64,000 nucleotides of DNA from an uncultured delta proteobacterium (GTDB lineage Bacteria > Desulfobacterota > Desulfobacteria > Desulfobacterales > UBA2156): the NCBI GenBank assembly GCA_963736855.1, contig CAVTQK010000009.1:128001-192000 (forward strand), given 5' to 3'. Shown piece after piece: positions 62,833 through 64,000 of this stretch. Under the pieces are notes generated by a model. It made no database searches. It worked only from the letters and a program-made list of their open reading frames with translations, and had not been told where the DNA came from. The position numbers were made by a program, and so were the translations under genes. The first letter of the stretch is position 1, and each line of letters starts with the position of its first letter.

Positions 62833-63225
62833 TTATGGATTTAAGATACGTTGCGCGGCTTTGTTATCTGAAAAACGGAAAACCATTACTGCGGTCCCGG
62901 ATTTCGTGCCGGCAGCGATATAACTGTACTCGATCCGAATGTCGGAATCTTTGAAAAGTTCCAGCATCCGACTCAATCCACCGGGTTTGTCATCCGTTTC
63001 AATAATCACCACTTCATTGGTCACAGCGGCCAGCTTGTTTGCGCTTAACACTTCCAGGGCCTTATCCGGATCGGATACGACCATCCGCAATTTGCAATAT
63101 CCGTCGCCGTTGTCTACAAGGCAATGACCACGGATATTGATCCCTTCCCGGCCCAAAACCGAAAAGACATTTCCCACCCGCAGGGCGGAGTTACCGGTTA
63201 ATACGGTCAGTTGTTTTCCGATCAT
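62833..63225 (-). CDS. Tandem ACT-domain protein
   Basis: KQLTVL...GINIRG...LRMVVSDPDKA...DDKPGGL...IEYSY. Confidence 0.85.
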   Translation of the reverse strand: MIGKQLTVLTGNSALRVGNVFSVLGREGINIRGHCLVDNGDGYCKLRMVVSDPDKALEVLSANKLAAVTNEVVIIETDDKPGGLSRMLELFKDSDIRIEYSYIAAGTKSGTAVMVFRFSDNKAAQRILNP

Positions 63226-63454
63226 GACGTTTTCCTCTTAACACTTTTCTCCATCGCTTTTCTAATGGCAGGCGGCCTGATTGGGCTGGGCTTTTATAAC
63301 CTGTCCCGTATTGATTTTGCAATGCATTTCCCTTCGGATCATAAACACATCGAAAACGCATAAGCTTTCTTTTGGTATCGAAAATTTTGTGACTTCCGGG
63401 TATTTTAATCGCGATTTTTCTGTTAGATTAATCTAAAAATGGTAAGGAAATAAT

Positions 63455-64000
63455 ATGCGATCTCGGCACCAAATCTATTTTTCAGATTCCCGTCACATGG
63501 AGGATGTCCCTGATGAAAGCATAGATCTTATCGTCACTTCCCCTCCCTATCCGGTGATTGAGATGTGGGATCCGGTTTTTATCAAACAGGACCCCAAGAT
63601 CGGGACGGCTTTTCAAAACAGAAAATTCGGGGAAGCTTTTGAAGGGATGCATCAACAACTCGACGGGGTATGGAAGGAAAGTTTCAGGGTATTAAAAAAG
63701 GGAGGGCTGGCCTGCATTAACGTGGGGGATGCCACCCGCACCCTCAACGACGATTTTGCCTTGTATTCGAACCATTCCAGGATCCTTGCCTGTTTGCAGA
63801 AACTCGGTTTCACCGCCCTTCCATGCATCCTGTGGCGCAAACAGACTAATGCTCCCAACAAATTCATGGGATCGGGAATGCTTCCTCCCGGCGCCTATGT
63901 CACCCTGGAGCATGAATACATCCTGATCGCACGAAAAGGGTCCATCCGGGAGTTTAAAAACGCCGTGGAAAAGAAACACCGGCGTGAAAGCGCCTTTTTC
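63455..64000 (+). CDS. Site-specific amino (N4-C/N6-A) DNA methyltransferase, 5' part (runs off window)
   Basis: MRSRHQIYFSDSRHMEDVPDESIDLIVTSPPYP...RVLKKGGLACINVGD...ILWRK...EHEYILI; open to the window end and absent from the ORF track. Confidence 0.88.
   Translation, partial: MRSRHQIYFSDSRHMEDVPDESIDLIVTSPPYPVIEMWDPVFIKQDPKIGTAFQNRKFGEAFEGMHQQLDGVWKESFRVLKKGGLACINVGDATRTLNDDFALYSNHSRILACLQKLGFTALPCILWRKQTNAPNKFMGSGMLPPGAYVTLEHEYILIARKGSIREFKNAVEKKHRRESAFF

Overview
A 64-kb, gene-dense bacterial chromosome segment. Gene content (hybrid-cluster protein, HcpR-type Crp/Fnr regulator, DsrE, rubrerythrin, HesB-like selenoprotein, LonC-type protease) suggests an anaerobic Desulfobacterota (deltaproteobacterial) genome; the taxonomy is inferred. 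About 60 coding genes are present: housekeeping genes (gnd, mutY, ndk, lepA, nadC, valS, rsmE, msrAB), a TolC-MFP-RND efflux operon, larB/larE, three diguanylate cyclases, and a hybrid histidine kinase next to an orphan solute-binding protein. I found no rRNA, tRNA or CRISPR array. Features the ORF track misses: (1) a UGA-readthrough HesB/IscA-like selenoprotein (42744-43058); (2) a decayed patch at about 28.0-30.0 kb with an IS1380-like transposase fragment and two adjacent internally deleted genes (tetR-like and acs) that keep only their N- and C-termini; (3) an SbcD/Mre11-like 5' fragment; (4) a four-copy intergenic repeat family and two long palindromic MITE/REP-like elements; (5) a perfect TTGAC-N4-GTCAA HcpR-type box; (6) the hcp 3' end and a DNA methyltransferase 5' part at the window edges. 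Five otherwise intact genes each carry a single +/-1 frameshift, mostly in short homopolymers, which is most simply explained by long-read assembly error. All family calls come from motifs recognised by eye; no database searches were run. No clearly new system is demonstrated. The best candidates for uncharacterised biology are the SBP-kinase sensing pair, the rhomboid-DnaJ_C fusion, the ACT-aldolase-HAD-B12 radical SAM operon and the repeat family.
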